From contig NW_003314343.1 in NCBI RefSeq assembly GCF_000143415.4, positions 124,813 to 188,812 on the forward strand: a stretch of DNA of 64,000 nt. The letters run 5' to 3'. Below are positions 61,730 to 64,000 of the stretch, in pieces (position 1 is the first letter of the stretch; each line of letters starts with the position of its first letter). Source of the DNA: Selaginella moellendorffii. Lineage: Eukaryota > Plantae > Lycopodiophyta. Made by a program: the position numbers and the translations under genes. The notes under the pieces are model-generated. The model was not told the origin of the DNA. It was given only the letters and a program-made list of their open reading frames with translations, and ran no database searches.

Positions 61730-64000
61730 AAATATATCAATTTGCAAAGTTGAGCAAGTGGCATATGTTGGGACCCGAAGGCGCGCCGAAGGTGAGCTAA
61801 TTAGCATGGGTTAGCTAGGTCGACCAGGTGTAGGGAGCTACGCCCGACTCCCTGCGGGGATGTCGAAACCGTAGACGTATTCTACGGAGGTTGGGTTCGA
61901 GTCCCAACCCCCTAGTAAAGCAAGGCTGGGTTCAAGTCCCGACCCTATACTAGGACGTGGTGAGGGGAGGAGTATAGGGACACCTATATTCCGTTGTCAT
62001 GGGCTCTTGGCCGGGGAGGCTAACTTAGGCACACCGCTAAGTGGGGGGATGCCCCCGGAGACATGGTCAACAAGTCGTAGGATAAAATGAGACGTTCGAT
62101 GTGGGCATCGAACTTCTTCTATGGGTGGTGGAGTTGTAAGGAACCAACTCGCCGAGGTGTCGTAGGCTAAAGGAACCCCGAAAGCATAACCAAAATGACA
62201 AAGAGTTCATCGGATGGGACCAAGTCGAAGATCGAGTCCAAGACCGACTCTAGGACCGAGTTCGAGATAGAGTCCGGAATCGAGTCCGAGACCGACTCGG
62301 GGACCGAGTTCGAGTCCGAGTTCGAGACCGAGTTCGAGACGGAGTCCGAGATCCGAAATCGGGTCCGAGACCGAGTCCGAGGTCGAGTCCGAGGTCGGGT
62401 CCGAGATCGGGTCCGAGATCGAGTCCGCGATCGAGTCCGAACCCGAATCCGAAGTCGGATCCGAAATCGGGTCCGAGATCGAGCCAGAGACTAAGTCCAA
62501 ATACTAATACGGGTCAAGGGGTGAAAGCCCAAAGCGTGCGTCTCCCAGGGGGGGGGGGCTGCGGGGGGTTCCAAAAGTATAGTAGGGATAGTGAGGTCCA
62601 GGAACCAGTTTTGAAGGGACTCTCCAGTTGGGCTTCCAAACCGACTTGAGGTTGGGACTGGGACTAAGGGGCCTTGGGTGGGAGTGAGCATGGACTTGGC
62701 TGGTGCCGGAGGGGCCATCCAAGGAAGTGCTCAAGAGCAGCTCCCACTCCCGAAAGGGAAACCGATTGCGGTGCTCCCGGCTCATGTGGAGTGGTGCCCC
62801 ACTTGAGTACCATGCGGCTCATTGGTCCTCGCCCTTCCTAGGGGCTTGGGCCTTCCTTCGGGACGGAAGTGGGGGGCGAGAGGTACCCATACCGGGCCGT
62901 TAGGCCACGGTGTTTCGCCCCGGCGTCCCGAAGCAAGTGTTGCACTCAAGACTTGGGATTTAGAGGGTCCCATGATCAAGTCTTGTGGTACCAAGGGATG
63001 TTAGGAACCTGGAAGCTTGGTGTGCTTGGCTGCTTGTGCTTGCGGGGAGTGTAGCCGAACCTTAAATCCAGTCTAACCCGGGGAGGGGGATTGGGAGTGA
63101 TTTGGGAATCCGTGGAAGGATGGCTAACACTCCGTTGCTTGTGCAGTGAGTAGCTGAAACCAAGTAGGAGTTGGTACCATAGGCGAGAACCTTGGCAAGG
63201 GAACTTAGCAAAAGCTAAGGCAGTGTTGGACGGATAGACGAGGTAAGCTGGCAAATTGGAAAGGAAAAATTTGTGGCTTACAGCTTGCTACCCCTCACAT
63301 GGACCATAGTCAAGCAATCCTCCTGCATTAGGAGAAAGTCAAATGGTAATATTACTCGCGTCTGATCGTGCATCATCTGTAGCAACGTTAATGCATTGTG
63401 GCGCATCATGGATGTCCAAAATCCCAATTGCAAATTGAACCCGGCCCTCTGTTTTAAGTGTCGCATGGTCATTATTAGATCCCGCAGTTTCTCCCGTGTG
63501 ATTAATGTGAATCTGTCTCTTTTGACCAACTTGCGACCGCAGGCTTTGGAGGGTGCAGTGACATTCGAGGACGAGCCACGCTCATGGGAGAAAAGGACAC
63601 CGTTCAGATCAAAAACGATATAGTACCTTCGCCGTGACTCTGAAATGAAATGCGTCAACATAAAAAATGGTACAAGTCAATTTTACCATCTACAATATTA
63701 GCGAATGGTGCTCCCGATGGTCGTTGAGAGGGTTTTGGTCGAGGAAACGTGAAGGGCGGAAATACTCTCCTCTGCAATGTGGGGTCAATCGCATCCGGTG
63801 GCGTGTGGGCACATGCCATTTCAGCTGTAGACTCTGGTACAACTGGCTCAACAGTGGCATGGGGTGGTTCTGATGGCGTGTGATCACACGCCATTTCAGC
63901 TGGTGCCTCCATTGGCAAAGTGGACATGACCGAACAGGCAGCAGGGGCGGTGTAGGGAGGTTCCAACGGCGCGTAGTCAGACGATTGGGCACACGTTGGA

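Larger units (their letters stand above)
55750..63282 (+). mobile_element. Young full-length chromovirus (Ty3/gypsy): 1148-bp LTRs 55750-56897 and 62135-63282, PBS 56901-56913, TSD GCTTG
   Basis: LTRs differ by about 11 transitions (manual count). GCTTG at 55745-55749 and 63283-63287. TGGTATCGGAGCC is a tRNA-iMet-type PBS. Purine-rich tract before the 3' LTR. Confidence 0.98.
55239..63661 (-). pseudogene. FCP1/NIF-like HAD phosphatase gene split by the chromovirus insertion (pieces 63283-63661 and 55239-55744)
   Basis: IVFDLNGVL (HAD motif I), FWTSMMRHN and LIIDDSPIK. Removing the element and one TSD gives continuous ...GSKPIFVKP.... Confidence 0.75.

Noticed and set aside
61840-61890. Hammerhead ribozyme (GAAAC followed by a hairpin)
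   Set aside because: No CUGANGA core and no NUH cleavage triplet after the stem.
61889-61944. tRNA gene or SINE
   Set aside because: Only T-arm-like hairpins are present, with no acceptor, D or anticodon arms and no properly spaced A-box.

Overview
Plant nuclear DNA. The 45-60 nt introns, very compact genes, PLS-PPR remnants and LTR families suggest a lycophyte such as Selaginella (inference). A gene island at about 28.4-48.8 kb holds PP2C, OBERON-like, a hevein+GH18 chitinase, NUDT3, a G-group bZIP, an NCL exchanger, G6P 1-epimerase, a KS dehydrin and pirin. Nested transposon fields flank it: two copies of one chromodomain Ty3/gypsy family, two other gypsy elements, a Helentron, a LINE remnant, TRIMs, solo LTRs and a 3.4-kb palindrome. 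The main observation is the young full-length chromovirus at 55750-63282, which carries host-sized GT-AG insertions that look like spliceosomal micro-introns. Two lie in integrase, and removing them restores the DDE motif and the GPY/F-chromodomain. A candidate third at the gag/protease junction would give a Gag-only protein if spliced, and a possible fourth lies after the chromodomain. An older copy at 851-4320 keeps the same insertions. This suggests a retroelement that uses splicing to make its proteins while reverse-transcribing unspliced RNA. Also notable are a 5S-rRNA-bearing (Cassandra-like) LTR, a structured 3' UTR with tRNA-like T-loops, and a telomere-seeded palindrome 58 bp downstream of PP2C.
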